Both the position numbers and the translations under genes were made by a program. Below, piece after piece: positions 36,385-45,885 of a stretch of 64,000 nucleotides of DNA; positions within the stretch are counted from its first letter, which is position 1; each line of letters starts with the position of its first letter. The notes beneath the pieces were generated by a model that worked only from the letters and a program-made list of their open reading frames with translations, ran no database searches and was not told where the DNA came from. This DNA comes from an uncultured Aliarcobacter sp. (GTDB lineage: Bacteria; Campylobacterota; Campylobacteria; Campylobacterales; Arcobacteraceae), in contig OY781945.1 of the NCBI GenBank assembly GCA_963677435.1, forward strand, positions 1,664,001 to 1,728,000, in the 5' to 3' direction.

Positions 36385-37610
36385 CCTAAGAGTTTTCCAA
36401 CTTCATTTGCACTTAAAAGTCCATCTTCATGGAAGCCATATCTCCAATATGCTCCCGCATAGTAAGTATTGTTTTGTCCACTTATCTCTTTTTTTCTTTT
36501 TTGCATTTCTATGGCTCTTAGATTAAATTGTGGATGTTCATAAGAGATTTTTTCAATTACATTATTTAGATTTTGAGTTTCATTTAGTGATACAAAATAG
36601 TCTTTTTTTGTTTTTAGATTTTGTAGAGTATTTATCCAATATGTAAGCGTTACAGCATTGTTTTTTGTGTTTGTGTTTGTATAATTCCATGCTGCATACA
36701 TTTTTTTACTTGGATATAAAATATTGTTATCATTGTGTAAAACAGCACTATTTTCTTTATATTTAAAAGCACTTAATATCTCTATTTCTTTTTGTGTTGC
36801 ATCTTCTAAAATTTCTAAAGCTTCAGGTGCGTGCATTGCAAGAACTACTTTGTCATAAAAAGTTTTTTCACCATTTTCATGGATTAAATAAACACCTTCT
36901 TTTTCTCTTCTTATTTTTATTACATCTGAATCTAAAAAGATTTTCCCAGATATTTTTTCTTTTATTTTATTTACATAATTTACACTTCCATTAGAGACAG
37001 TAAGCCATTGATGGTGTGAGTCCACTCCTAAAAGTCCATGATTTTTAAAAAAAGTTAAAAATGTTCTTGCAGGAAACTCATTCATTTCATCACTTGGAGT
37101 CGACCAAATAGCAGCGCCCATAGGAAGAATGTATCTTTGTTTAAATGCATTTGAATATTTTTTTATATATTCTCCCAAAGATTTATCCAAATCTTTACTA
37201 TTGTAATATAAATCATTAGTTGCTTTTTCATTAAAAGATAAAATATCTTTTATCATTTTATAGTGAGATATTGAAAATAGATTTCTTTTTTGGGCAAACA
37301 TTCCTTTAATTGACGAACCATTGTAAGCAATATTTTTATTTTTATCCCAAAAAGCAAAACTCATATCTGAGTTTTCAATTTTTACATCAAGTTGTTTAAA
37401 TAGTTTTGTTAAAAGTGGATAGGTTGGTTCATTAAAAACTAAAAAACCAGTATCAACACCAAATAGTTTTCCTTCATCTTGAATTTGGGTAGTTCTTGCA
37501 TGACCGCCTAATCGAGAATCTTTTTCATAAACATCAACTTCATATTTTGAGCTTAAAATATAGGCACTTCCAAGACCACTAATTCCTGCACCTAAAACTG
37601 CTATTTTCAT
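36372..37610 (-). CDS. NAD(P)/FAD-dependent oxidoreductase (UfaD-like, amine-oxidase fold)
   Basis: GAGISGL, RLGGH, VDTGF.VFN..TYP, PM.AAIWS, F..NHGLL, AWNY, Y.HP and GFHEDG motifs. Confidence 0.88.
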   Translation of the reverse strand: MKIAVLGAGISGLGSAYILSSKYEVDVYEKDSRLGGHARTTQIQDEGKLFGVDTGFLVFNEPTYPLLTKLFKQLDVKIENSDMSFAFWDKNKNIAYNGSSIKGMFAQKRNLFSISHYKMIKDILSFNEKATNDLYYNSKDLDKSLGEYIKKYSNAFKQRYILPMGAAIWSTPSDEMNEFPARTFLTFFKNHGLLGVDSHHQWLTVSNGSVNYVNKIKEKISGKIFLDSDVIKIRREKEGVYLIHENGEKTFYDKVVLAMHAPEALEILEDATQKEIEILSAFKYKENSAVLHNDNNILYPSKKMYAAWNYTNTNTKNNAVTLTYWINTLQNLKTKKDYFVSLNETQNLNNVIEKISYEHPQFNLRAIEMQKRKKEISGQNNTYYAGAYWRYGFHEDGLLSANEVGKLLGCRL

Positions 37611-38119
37611 TTGTATCTTCCTTTTGGGTCAAGTTCTGTAAATACTAATTTAGAAGTATCCATCTTGTTTTTTAAATTATTTAATATTTTTTCTAATTCT
37701 TCTTTTTGTATATTTGGAGTTCTGCTCATAATCCAAAGATTTGAATAATCATCATTTGTCACAACTGCAACTTTATAATCATTTAGATAGCTAACTTCAT
37801 ATTCACTTGTAAAAATATAAAAATATCTCATTTGAAGTTTTATATTTTGATTTTCTTCAATCTTTTTTGCACTTCCTGAATATTCAATGAGTTTTCCATT
37901 CAACGATGAATCAAAACATCTATTAAATACTTGATATGTGTTGTCTTCTTGTAGCTCATATTCAACACTTGATGCAACACATGAAGTTTGAAAAGAGTTT
38001 TCAATTCTTGCTATTTCATACCAAAGACCTGAAAATTTTTTCATGTCAAAATCATTTTTAAAAGAGTTATTGGCATAAATAGTTGAAAACAAAAAAAATA
38101 TCAAATATAAATACTTCAT
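37607..38119 (-). CDS. Lipocalin family protein (second copy, not a lipoprotein)
   Basis: Signal peptide, FSGLWYEIAR and LWIMSRTP motifs. Confidence 0.85.
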   Translation of the reverse strand: MKYLYLIFFLFSTIYANNSFKNDFDMKKFSGLWYEIARIENSFQTSCVASSVEYELQEDNTYQVFNRCFDSSLNGKLIEYSGSAKKIEENQNIKLQMRYFYIFTSEYEVSYLNDYKVAVVTNDDYSNLWIMSRTPNIQKEELEKILNNLKNKMDTSKLVFTELDPKGRYK

Positions 38120-38179
38120 AAACCAATCCTTTATTATTTATGGTAATTTATTATAAAAACATAGATGTTTGTAGTTAAA

Positions 38180-39436
38180 TTATGTTAGTTCATATTTTGA
38201 TAACAAAATAATAGATATTAATTTTAATAAAATTGGAACAACTGAATATAAAACAATAAGTGCAATTAAAGAAATTTCATTCACATTTTGTGTATCAAAA
38301 CTTGTAAATTCCAAAGTTATAAATGAAATAGCAACAGCAAGTGCAAGTGAGAATTTTGTAATCATTGCCCAAAAGCCAAATAAAATACCAGAAATATCAT
38401 TATTAGTTTTTTTACTTTGTTGTGCAACATCAGCTTGAATAGAAGAAGGAAGAGCCATATCTGCACCCAAACTCATGCCAGTTACAATACAGATAATCAA
38501 AAAATATAAAAAATCTTTTTCTTGTAAAAATGGCACAAAAACAAAGGCACAACAAGCTGTAATCATAGATAAAATCCATGTGGATTTTTTTGATATTTTT
38601 ATTGAAAGTTTAATCCAAAGAGGAAAAGTAACAATTGCACTTATAAAATAAACAATCAAAAAGAGACCGGTTTTTTCTTCTAAATCTAAAACATATTTTA
38701 CATAAAATAAAAAAAGAGTAGCAGGAAGTGCATTTGCAAGATTATTAATTAAAAATGAAAAAAATAATTTTTTATGGTGTGGGAAATTTTTAAAAAATAT
38801 ATTTATAGATTTTAAGAATTTTTTTTCTTGAATTGTACTTTCTTTCTTTTCAAAATGTTTTAATTTTAAATAAAAAATTATTGAAAAAATAGGAAAAATT
38901 ATTAAACATGTATAAAGTAAAAGTTCTAAACTTTTTTTAGAATCATCTGCAACCATAAAAATATAAGGAAAAAGTAAAGAGATTAAAACTCCAAAAACAA
39001 TAAATAATTCTCTTGAAAAGGCTAGTTTTGTATTATTAATAGTGTTATGGCTTATTTGTGAGTTTAAAGTAAGATAAGGAATCATTACAAAACTGTAAGA
39101 AATATAAGTAATTATTGAAAAGCAAAATAACCATAAAGAGTTAAAATAAATGGGTTTAATAAGAAAAAACAAACCAAATAAAACAAAAAATGTTGATATT
39201 ATTATGATGTTAAATTTATTATGTTTATCTGTAAAATTACCAATAAATGGATCTAAAATCATATCTAATAGTCGTGCAACTAATAAAATAATTCCAACAG
39301 TTCCAACACTTAAGTTTACATATTCTACATAAAAAGTTGGTAAATAAATATATAAAGGAAAACCCAAAAAAGCAATAGGAACTCCTAATATACCATATAG
39401 GAAAATCTCATTGCTTTTTAGGATATTATTATTCAT
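38180..39436 (-). CDS. MFS transporter (GPH/MelB-like)
   Basis: 12 TM helices; ARLLD...DP.IG and GAD.ALP.S.QADV motifs. Confidence 0.85.
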   Translation of the reverse strand: MNNNILKSNEIFLYGILGVPIAFLGFPLYIYLPTFYVEYVNLSVGTVGIILLVARLLDMILDPFIGNFTDKHNKFNIIIISTFFVLFGLFFLIKPIYFNSLWLFCFSIITYISYSFVMIPYLTLNSQISHNTINNTKLAFSRELFIVFGVLISLLFPYIFMVADDSKKSLELLLYTCLIIFPIFSIIFYLKLKHFEKKESTIQEKKFLKSINIFFKNFPHHKKLFFSFLINNLANALPATLFLFYVKYVLDLEEKTGLFLIVYFISAIVTFPLWIKLSIKISKKSTWILSMITACCAFVFVPFLQEKDFLYFLIICIVTGMSLGADMALPSSIQADVAQQSKKTNNDISGILFGFWAMITKFSLALAVAISFITLEFTSFDTQNVNEISLIALIVLYSVVPILLKLISIILLSKYELT

Positions 39437-39479
39437 ATTAATCTAGTTATCATATATTTCACATATTTTTTAACCATAA

Positions 39480-40238
39480 TCATTTTAAAAACTTTTTAGT
39501 TATAGAAAAACTCAATTTATAAGGCACAAGTGATATAAATCGTAAAAATTTTGACAAAATAAAAGGAAACGAAATCTCAAACTTATATGGTTTATTTAAT
39601 TGCTCAAATATTTTTTTAGCTGCAATATTTGGCGACATTAGTTGAGGCATGTCAAAATCATTTTTTGCAGTCAATCTTGTTTTTACAAAACCATGATTTA
39701 CTATTTGAACATAAATGTTTTTTCTTAATAACTCAGGTTGTATTGACTGTGCAAGATTTACTAAAGCGGCTTTTGATGCACTATAGGCTCCCCCATAAGG
39801 TAATCCAAAATAGCTTGATAAACTTGCATTTAATATAATTCTTGATTCTTTTTTTTGTTTTTCTAAATAATTAACAAGTGGTTTTAAAACTCTAACGGCA
39901 CCTAAGTAATTTGTATTTATCATTGATTCAAAATTTGAAATATTCCATTGATCTATGCTCATTGATTCATAAACACCTGCATTAAAAAAGCAAATATCTA
40001 AATCATCAAAAATAAGAAATGCCTCATCCACACTTTTAGAAACATTTTCATTACTTGAAACATCAATATTTAATAACTCTAGCTTGTTTGAATTAGTTGA
40101 TTTTAGTTGTAATAGCTCTTTAGAGTTTTTAGCATTTCTTGAACTTGCTATTACTTTATAATTATTTTGCAAACAAAGTTTAACTAACTCTAAACCAATT
40201 CCACTGCTAGAACCAATAATCCAAATTTTTGTTTCCAT
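39480..40238 (-). CDS. Short-chain dehydrogenase/reductase
   Basis: IGSSSGIG, NAG, YSASK and GFVKTRLT.KNDF.MP motifs. Confidence 0.9.
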   Translation of the reverse strand: METKIWIIGSSSGIGLELVKLCLQNNYKVIASSRNAKNSKELLQLKSTNSNKLELLNIDVSSNENVSKSVDEAFLIFDDLDICFFNAGVYESMSIDQWNISNFESMINTNYLGAVRVLKPLVNYLEKQKKESRIILNASLSSYFGLPYGGAYSASKAALVNLAQSIQPELLRKNIYVQIVNHGFVKTRLTAKNDFDMPQLMSPNIAAKKIFEQLNKPYKFEISFPFILSKFLRFISLVPYKLSFSITKKFLK

Positions 40239-40284
40239 GATAAAACCTTTGTATTTGTAAGCTAGTATTTACTAACTCAAAATT

Positions 40285-40326
40285 ATTATATGGCAATAAA
40301 AAGATTTTTTGTATGTAATATTTGTA
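40285..40326 (-). promoter_or_regulatory. Promoter with the tandem ACAAA motif (site 4)
   Basis: Minus strand: TACAAA-N7-TACAAA-N17-TATAAT; 40295-40326 matches 26741-26772 at 28 of 32 positions. Confidence 0.7.
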
Positions 40327-40437
40327 GTTTAATAAAAAATAATTTTTAAAAGATCTACATAAATATATATCAACATAAGAAATAAAATGATAAAATCTAT
40401 CAAATAAAAATTAAAATAATTGCAATAAAGGTTGAGA

Positions 40438-41937
40438 ATGAATAATCTCGCAGAAATCGAAAAATGGCTTAAAGATCATGCTATAAATAATTATCTGATT
40501 TCAGAAGATTTTTCCATAACAGTTCAAGGGAATGTAAATTTAAATCAAAAATTATCTGTAAAAAAACTGCCAGTTAAATTTAAAGTAGTAGATGGTTTTT
40601 TTGATATAAGTAATAATGGACTAACTGCACTTGATGGTTGTCCTAAAACAGTAACAGGTGGTTTCTTCTGTTCTAAAAATAATTTAACTTCTTTATTTGA
40701 AGGACCATCAGAAGTTGGTGATTTTGATTGCTCATTTAATCAGTTAAAAAATTTATCTTATGCTCCAAAAGAAGTAAAAGGAAATTTTGACTGCTCTAAC
40801 AATGAAATTAATTCTATCAAAGGAATGCCAAGAACTATAAAAGGATTTTTCAAATGTTCAAACAATAAAATAGTTACACTAAAGGGTGGACCTAAATATA
40901 TTGATGCTGAATTTGATTGTTCTGATAATCTAATTGAAAGATTAATTGGAGGGCCTGTTTCTGTAGGAACGAACTATATTTGTATTAGAAATAATTTAAC
41001 AGATTTAGATGGAGTAGCTGATGAAATAGGATATGATTTAATTACAGATATTAGATTAAATCATGTGACAAGTACTTTTAACGAAGAAGAAAAAACATGG
41101 AGATATAAAGGTAGTGAAGTTGTTTCTCATATTTATAAGCCAATAGTTGCACTAACAAATATTGATGATATAAGTAGATGGCTTAGAAAACATGAAATAA
41201 GAAATTTTACTATTTTAAAAGATAATTCAGTAAATGTGCATGGAGATGTAAAATTAGCTGATAAATTAGCAAACTTACTAAAACTACCATTAAATTTTAA
41301 TATAGTTGAGGGTGATTTTGATATTGGAGATAATGAATTAACTTCACTTGAGGGAAGTCCTAAAAAAGTTACTGGAAGTTTCATGGCACACAAAAATGAG
41401 ATATTTTCATTAAAAGGTGGACCCAAAGAGGTTGGAGGAAGTTTTGTAATTTTACATAATAATATTACATCATTAGAGTTTTCACCATCTTTAGTAAAAG
41501 AAGATTTTATTTGTTCTCATAATCCATTAAAAGAATTAGATGGAATTAATACTGTACTTGGATATATTTTTACAGGTGTTCCAATTCCTAATATTAAATG
41601 TCAAAAATATATTTATAAAGGTGTTACAACATATAAATATCCAGCTGATTTGGTTATGAAATATTTAGAAAAACAATATATTTCATTTACAGATGAAGAA
41701 AAAGCTTTTGAAGAGACAAGAAAAAATCTTGAGAATGTAATATCAAAAATGATTGAACAATCAACATTATCAAAAGAGATGATAAATGATAATTTAATTA
41801 AAAATTTAACTAAATATAGATTAGATGAGTTAAAAGAAAAAGTATTAATTATTAAATATCCTCCTGAAGATGATACAAGAATGAGACATTTAACAGAAGA
41901 TGAAATCATGAGACTTGCATTTGAAAAAGAGATTTAA
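40438..41937 (+). CDS. Leucine-rich-repeat-like protein with two tandem modules
   Basis: Repeats of about 22 aa, F.CS.N.L.SL.G.P..V.G; the cap I..WL..H.I.N..I..D.S..V.G.V.L occurs twice; start 40432 (TTG) or 40438 (ATG). Confidence 0.75.
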   Translation: MNNLAEIEKWLKDHAINNYLISEDFSITVQGNVNLNQKLSVKKLPVKFKVVDGFFDISNNGLTALDGCPKTVTGGFFCSKNNLTSLFEGPSEVGDFDCSFNQLKNLSYAPKEVKGNFDCSNNEINSIKGMPRTIKGFFKCSNNKIVTLKGGPKYIDAEFDCSDNLIERLIGGPVSVGTNYICIRNNLTDLDGVADEIGYDLITDIRLNHVTSTFNEEEKTWRYKGSEVVSHIYKPIVALTNIDDISRWLRKHEIRNFTILKDNSVNVHGDVKLADKLANLLKLPLNFNIVEGDFDIGDNELTSLEGSPKKVTGSFMAHKNEIFSLKGGPKEVGGSFVILHNNITSLEFSPSLVKEDFICSHNPLKELDGINTVLGYIFTGVPIPNIKCQKYIYKGVTTYKYPADLVMKYLEKQYISFTDEEKAFEETRKNLENVISKMIEQSTLSKEMINDNLIKNLTKYRLDELKEKVLIIKYPPEDDTRMRHLTEDEIMRLAFEKEI

Positions 41938-42028
41938 GAGCTTAAATTAAGTCTTAAATAGATTTTTTAGGATATAATCGCGAATTCAATACAATTAAGT
42001 AAATAAAATAAATGGAGAGAATTATAAT

Positions 42029-43621
42029 ATGGTTCAAACTGTCAATCTTAAAAAAGCTTTCGGTGCTAGAGTTTTATTTCAAGACATAAATTTAAAATTA
42101 GATACTGGTAAAAGATATGGACTTATCGGTGCAAACGGTGCTGGTAAAACAACTTTCTTAAAAATTTTATCAGGTCAAGAAGATGCAACTGAGGGTGAAG
42201 TACAAGTTCAAAATGGTAAAAAAGTTGGAACATTATCACAAAATCAATTTGCATATGAAAATAATACAATATTTGATGCTGTTCTTTTAGGAAATAAAAG
42301 ATTACATGATGCTGTAAAAGAAAAAGAAGAGCTTTATATGAGCCCTGAATTTACAGATGAAATAAATGAAAGATTAGCAGAGCTTGAAATCATTTGTTGT
42401 GAAGAAGACCCAACTTATGAATATGATGTAAAAATTACAAGAATTTTAGAAGATTTAGGTTTCCCTGCATCTGAGCATCAAGAATTAATGAGTACTTTAA
42501 CAGGTGGAAATAAATTCAAAGTTTTATTAGCACAAGTTTTATATCCAAAACCAGATGTTCTATTTTTAGATGAGCCTACAAATAATTTAGATATTGCAAC
42601 TATTGGTTGGTTAGAGAATCAATTACAACACCATGATGGAACAATGGTAGTTATCTCTCATGATAGACACTTTTTAAATGCTGTTTGTACACATATCTTA
42701 GATGTTGACTTTAAACAAATTAGAGAGTTCACAGGAACTTATGATGATTGGTATATAGCTTCAACATTAATTGCTAAACAAAATGAAAAAGATGTTAACA
42801 AAAAACTAAAAGAAAAAGATGAACTTGAAAAATTCATCGCTAGATTTAGTGCAAATGCTTCAAAAGCAAAACAAGCAACTTCTAGACAAAAACAACTTGA
42901 TAAACTTGATGTTGGTGCAATTCAAGTATCAAGTAGAAGAGATCCATCTATTATCTTTAAACAAAAAAGAGAAGTTGGTAAAGAGTTATTAACTGTTAAA
43001 AATATTTCAAAATCTTATGATGGTGAAGTAGTTTTAAATGATATTTCATTTACAGTTGAAAAAGGTGATAAAATTGCTCTTATTGGAACAAATGGTATTG
43101 GTAAAACTACTCTTTGTGAAATTTTAGAAGGAAATATAAAAGCTGATAGTGGAGAAGTTTTATGGGGTGCAACTATTCAAAACTCTTATTTCCCACAAAA
43201 TGCAACTGATATAATTGAGGGTGATATAACTTTATATGATTGGTTAAGAAACTGCGATAGAGATGCTGATATTTCAGAAATTAGAAATTGTCTTGGTAGA
43301 ATGCTATTCAACGGACAAGAGCAAGAGAAAAAAGTAAACTCTTGTAGTGGGGGAGAAAAACATAGAATGATGCTTTCTAAAATTATGTTAGAGCAAGGAA
43401 ATTTCTTAGTTTTAGATGAACCTACAAACCACTTAGACTTAGAAGCAATTATTGCACTTGGTGAAGGTTTAAATGATTATCCTGGTTCTGTAATTTGTGT
43501 ATCTCATGATAGGGAACTATTAGATGCTTATGCAAATAGAATTATAGAAATCCAACCTGGTGGAACTATAGTTGATTTCAAAGGAACTTATGAAGAGTAT
43601 ATTGAGTCTTTAGAGGCTTAA
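42029..43621 (+). CDS. ABC-F family ATPase (YbiT-like)
   Basis: Two ABC domains (GANGAGKT, GTNGIGKT), LDEPTN twice, ARFSANASKAKQATSR linker, no TM helices. Confidence 0.93.
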   Translation: MVQTVNLKKAFGARVLFQDINLKLDTGKRYGLIGANGAGKTTFLKILSGQEDATEGEVQVQNGKKVGTLSQNQFAYENNTIFDAVLLGNKRLHDAVKEKEELYMSPEFTDEINERLAELEIICCEEDPTYEYDVKITRILEDLGFPASEHQELMSTLTGGNKFKVLLAQVLYPKPDVLFLDEPTNNLDIATIGWLENQLQHHDGTMVVISHDRHFLNAVCTHILDVDFKQIREFTGTYDDWYIASTLIAKQNEKDVNKKLKEKDELEKFIARFSANASKAKQATSRQKQLDKLDVGAIQVSSRRDPSIIFKQKREVGKELLTVKNISKSYDGEVVLNDISFTVEKGDKIALIGTNGIGKTTLCEILEGNIKADSGEVLWGATIQNSYFPQNATDIIEGDITLYDWLRNCDRDADISEIRNCLGRMLFNGQEQEKKVNSCSGGEKHRMMLSKIMLEQGNFLVLDEPTNHLDLEAIIALGEGLNDYPGSVICVSHDRELLDAYANRIIEIQPGGTIVDFKGTYEEYIESLEA

Positions 43622-43644
43622 TATATTCATTAAAGTTTTGAAAT

Positions 43645-43681
43645 AAAAAAGGGGAAGGTTTTGAAGTCTTCCCCTTTTTTT
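43645..43681. terminator. Bidirectional intrinsic terminator
   Basis: AAAAAAGGGGAAG-GTTTTGAAGT-CTTCCCCTTTTTTT. Confidence 0.85.
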
Positions 43682-43695
43682 ATGGCTAAAAATGA

Positions 43696-44169
43696 TTATT
43701 TTGAGTGTCTTGAAGACATTCTAATTTCTCTTCTTTGAATAGCATCGTTATATCTTCTTTTGTCATCTTCTGTAACTAAGTCTAGTTTTGGAACAGGAGC
43801 TGGTTTACCAGCTTCATCAACTGCAATCATTGTAAAATAACAAACATTAGTATTCTTAATTGTATGATCTTTAATATCTTCAGAAATTACTTTAATACCA
43901 ATTTCCATAGATGTTCTTCCTGTATAATTTACAGAGGCATGAAATGTAACAAGTGAACCAATTTTAATTGGATCTTTAAATAAAACCATGTCAACTGATA
44001 ATGTTACTGCATACATACCTGTATATCTAGCTGCACAAGCATATGCAACATGATCTAACATTTTTAAAATTTCACCACCGTGAACATTTTTCCCAGAAAA
44101 GTTTGCTTTATCTGGTGTCATTAACATAGTCATTGTAAGAGATTTTTCTCTTTTTATTTCTTCACTCAT
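43696..44169 (-). CDS. Acyl-CoA thioesterase (hotdog fold, YciA-like)
   Basis: P..AN..G.VHGG..LK.LD..A, VT.SVD and TGRTSME motifs. Confidence 0.9.
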   Translation of the reverse strand: MSEEIKREKSLTMTMLMTPDKANFSGKNVHGGEILKMLDHVAYACAARYTGMYAVTLSVDMVLFKDPIKIGSLVTFHASVNYTGRTSMEIGIKVISEDIKDHTIKNTNVCYFTMIAVDEAGKPAPVPKLDLVTEDDKRRYNDAIQRREIRMSSRHSK

Positions 44170-44288
44170 CTTTTTTACCTTATACTTATTGAAATATCAG
44201 ACATTATAAAACAAAATAGTAGGAAGCGTGTAGCAATTTATCAAAATAGGGCAAGAGTTTATGAAATTATAGAAAAAAGTAACATCTT

Positions 44289-44966
44289 TTAGCTATCTAA
44301 ATCCTCATTTAGTATTTTGAAGTATTCAATTCTACTTATTTCATAAGCTCCCAAACTTGCTAAATGATCATTATAAACTTGACAATCTATAAGTTCTATA
44401 CCATTATTTTGTGCTTGTTGACAAAGATGATAAAAAGCAACTTTTGACGCATCTGTAACTTTTGCAAACATACTTTCACCACAAAAAACATTACCAATTA
44501 AAAGTCCATAAAGTCCACCAACTAACTTTTCATCTAAATAACACTCAATACTAAAAGCAATATCTAAGTGATGTAAATTTACATAAGCTTGTATAAATTC
44601 ATCACTTATCCATGTGCTGTTTTCATGTTTTCTTTTTATTTCAGAACAAGCACGAATAACAGCTTCAAAATTTTCATTTGATTTTATTACGAAACCTCTA
44701 TTTTGAATTGATTTTCTAAGACTCTTTGATACTTTCATCTCATTTGGTTTTAGAACCATTCTTTTTTGTGGACTAAACCAATGAATATAATTATAATCAT
44801 CAATATACCAAGGAAAAATACCATTTTCATAGGCATTTATTAATCTTTGGGGGTGAAAATCTCCACCAACTGCAACTAAATCATCTTTCATCATATCAAG
44901 TTTTGGGAAATCAAAGTTATCATCGTCCAATAAATAGACGGCATATTTTTTATCAATTAGTTTCAT
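44289..44966 (-). CDS. aat: Leucyl/phenylalanyl-tRNA--protein transferase
   Basis: AY..GIFPW, TWI, LVGGLYG...G..FCGESMF, DASKVA and IDCQ..HL.SLGA motifs. Confidence 0.95.
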   Translation of the reverse strand: MKLIDKKYAVYLLDDDNFDFPKLDMMKDDLVAVGGDFHPQRLINAYENGIFPWYIDDYNYIHWFSPQKRMVLKPNEMKVSKSLRKSIQNRGFVIKSNENFEAVIRACSEIKRKHENSTWISDEFIQAYVNLHHLDIAFSIECYLDEKLVGGLYGLLIGNVFCGESMFAKVTDASKVAFYHLCQQAQNNGIELIDCQVYNDHLASLGAYEISRIEYFKILNEDLDS

Positions 44967-45031
44967 ATTTGTATTTTATATGAAAAGATGTTAATATCCA
45001 AACTAATTTAAAAAAAAAGAGATTTTAATAT

Positions 45032-45718
45032 ATGCAAAATAGTTATAAAAGAGTTGATGCACATCTATCTAGTTTGGGATATTGCACGAGAAGTGAAGCG
45101 AAGAAATTTTTAAGAATTTATGAACTTACTGTAAATGATAAAAGAGTTTTTGATCCTTCAATAAAAGCATATCATAATGATATTAAAGTAAATAATGAGC
45201 CCATTGATCCTGAAACAATTACAATCTTATTAAATAAACCCTCAGGTTTTATCTGTTCACACAATGATGCCGGAAGTTTAATTTATGCACTAATTCCTTC
45301 AAGATGGAATAGAAGAAATCCTAAAATTTCAACTATCGGAAGACTTGATGTTGATACAACGGGAGCTATTATTTTAACAGATGATGGAGCTTTAAATCAT
45401 AAATTATCAAGTCCAAAAAGTGATGTTTCAAAAGTTTATGAAGCAACTTTGGCAGTTCCTTTAAAAGGTGATGAAAAAGAGATTTTTGCGAGTGGAGAGT
45501 TAATGTTAAATGGTGAGAAAAAGCCCTTACTTCCTGCAACTCTTGAAGTTTTAGGTGAAACACATGTACGATTAGAAATTTGTGAAGGGAAATATCATCA
45601 AGTAAAAAGAATGTTTGCAGCAGTTGGGAATAGGGTTCTAACACTTCATAGGGTTAGTTTTGGTGAATACACAATTGAAGATTTAAAAGAGGGTGAGTAT
45701 AAGTTCATAGAATTTTAA
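45032..45718 (+). CDS. rsuA: rRNA pseudouridine synthase, RsuA family
   Basis: S4-like N-terminus, LNKP.G, GRLD.DTTG, K.YEA and EGKYHQVKRMF motifs. Confidence 0.85.
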   Translation: MQNSYKRVDAHLSSLGYCTRSEAKKFLRIYELTVNDKRVFDPSIKAYHNDIKVNNEPIDPETITILLNKPSGFICSHNDAGSLIYALIPSRWNRRNPKISTIGRLDVDTTGAIILTDDGALNHKLSSPKSDVSKVYEATLAVPLKGDEKEIFASGELMLNGEKKPLLPATLEVLGETHVRLEICEGKYHQVKRMFAAVGNRVLTLHRVSFGEYTIEDLKEGEYKFIEF

Positions 45719-45867
45719 CACTCATCTTTTTTTGTAACACTTAGACCTTTATTAGTCATTTCATCTATTTGTTTTTGGGTTAAATCTAAATATTTCATGA
45801 TTTTCCCATCCCAAACAATACAAGAAAAAGTCTCTTTTTTAAAAAGTTTTTTAATTTTTTCAAACAT
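45715..45867 (-). CDS. Small hypothetical protein, 50 aa, absent from the ORF track
   Basis: MFEKIKKLFKKETFSCIVWDGKIMKYLDLTQKQIDEMTNKGLSVTKKDEC; GGA SD; fills the gap after the HAD gene, and its stop overlaps the rsuA stop. Confidence 0.6.
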   Translation of the reverse strand: MFEKIKKLFKKETFSCIVWDGKIMKYLDLTQKQIDEMTNKGLSVTKKDEC

Positions 45868-45885
45868 ACATAAATCCAGTAAATT

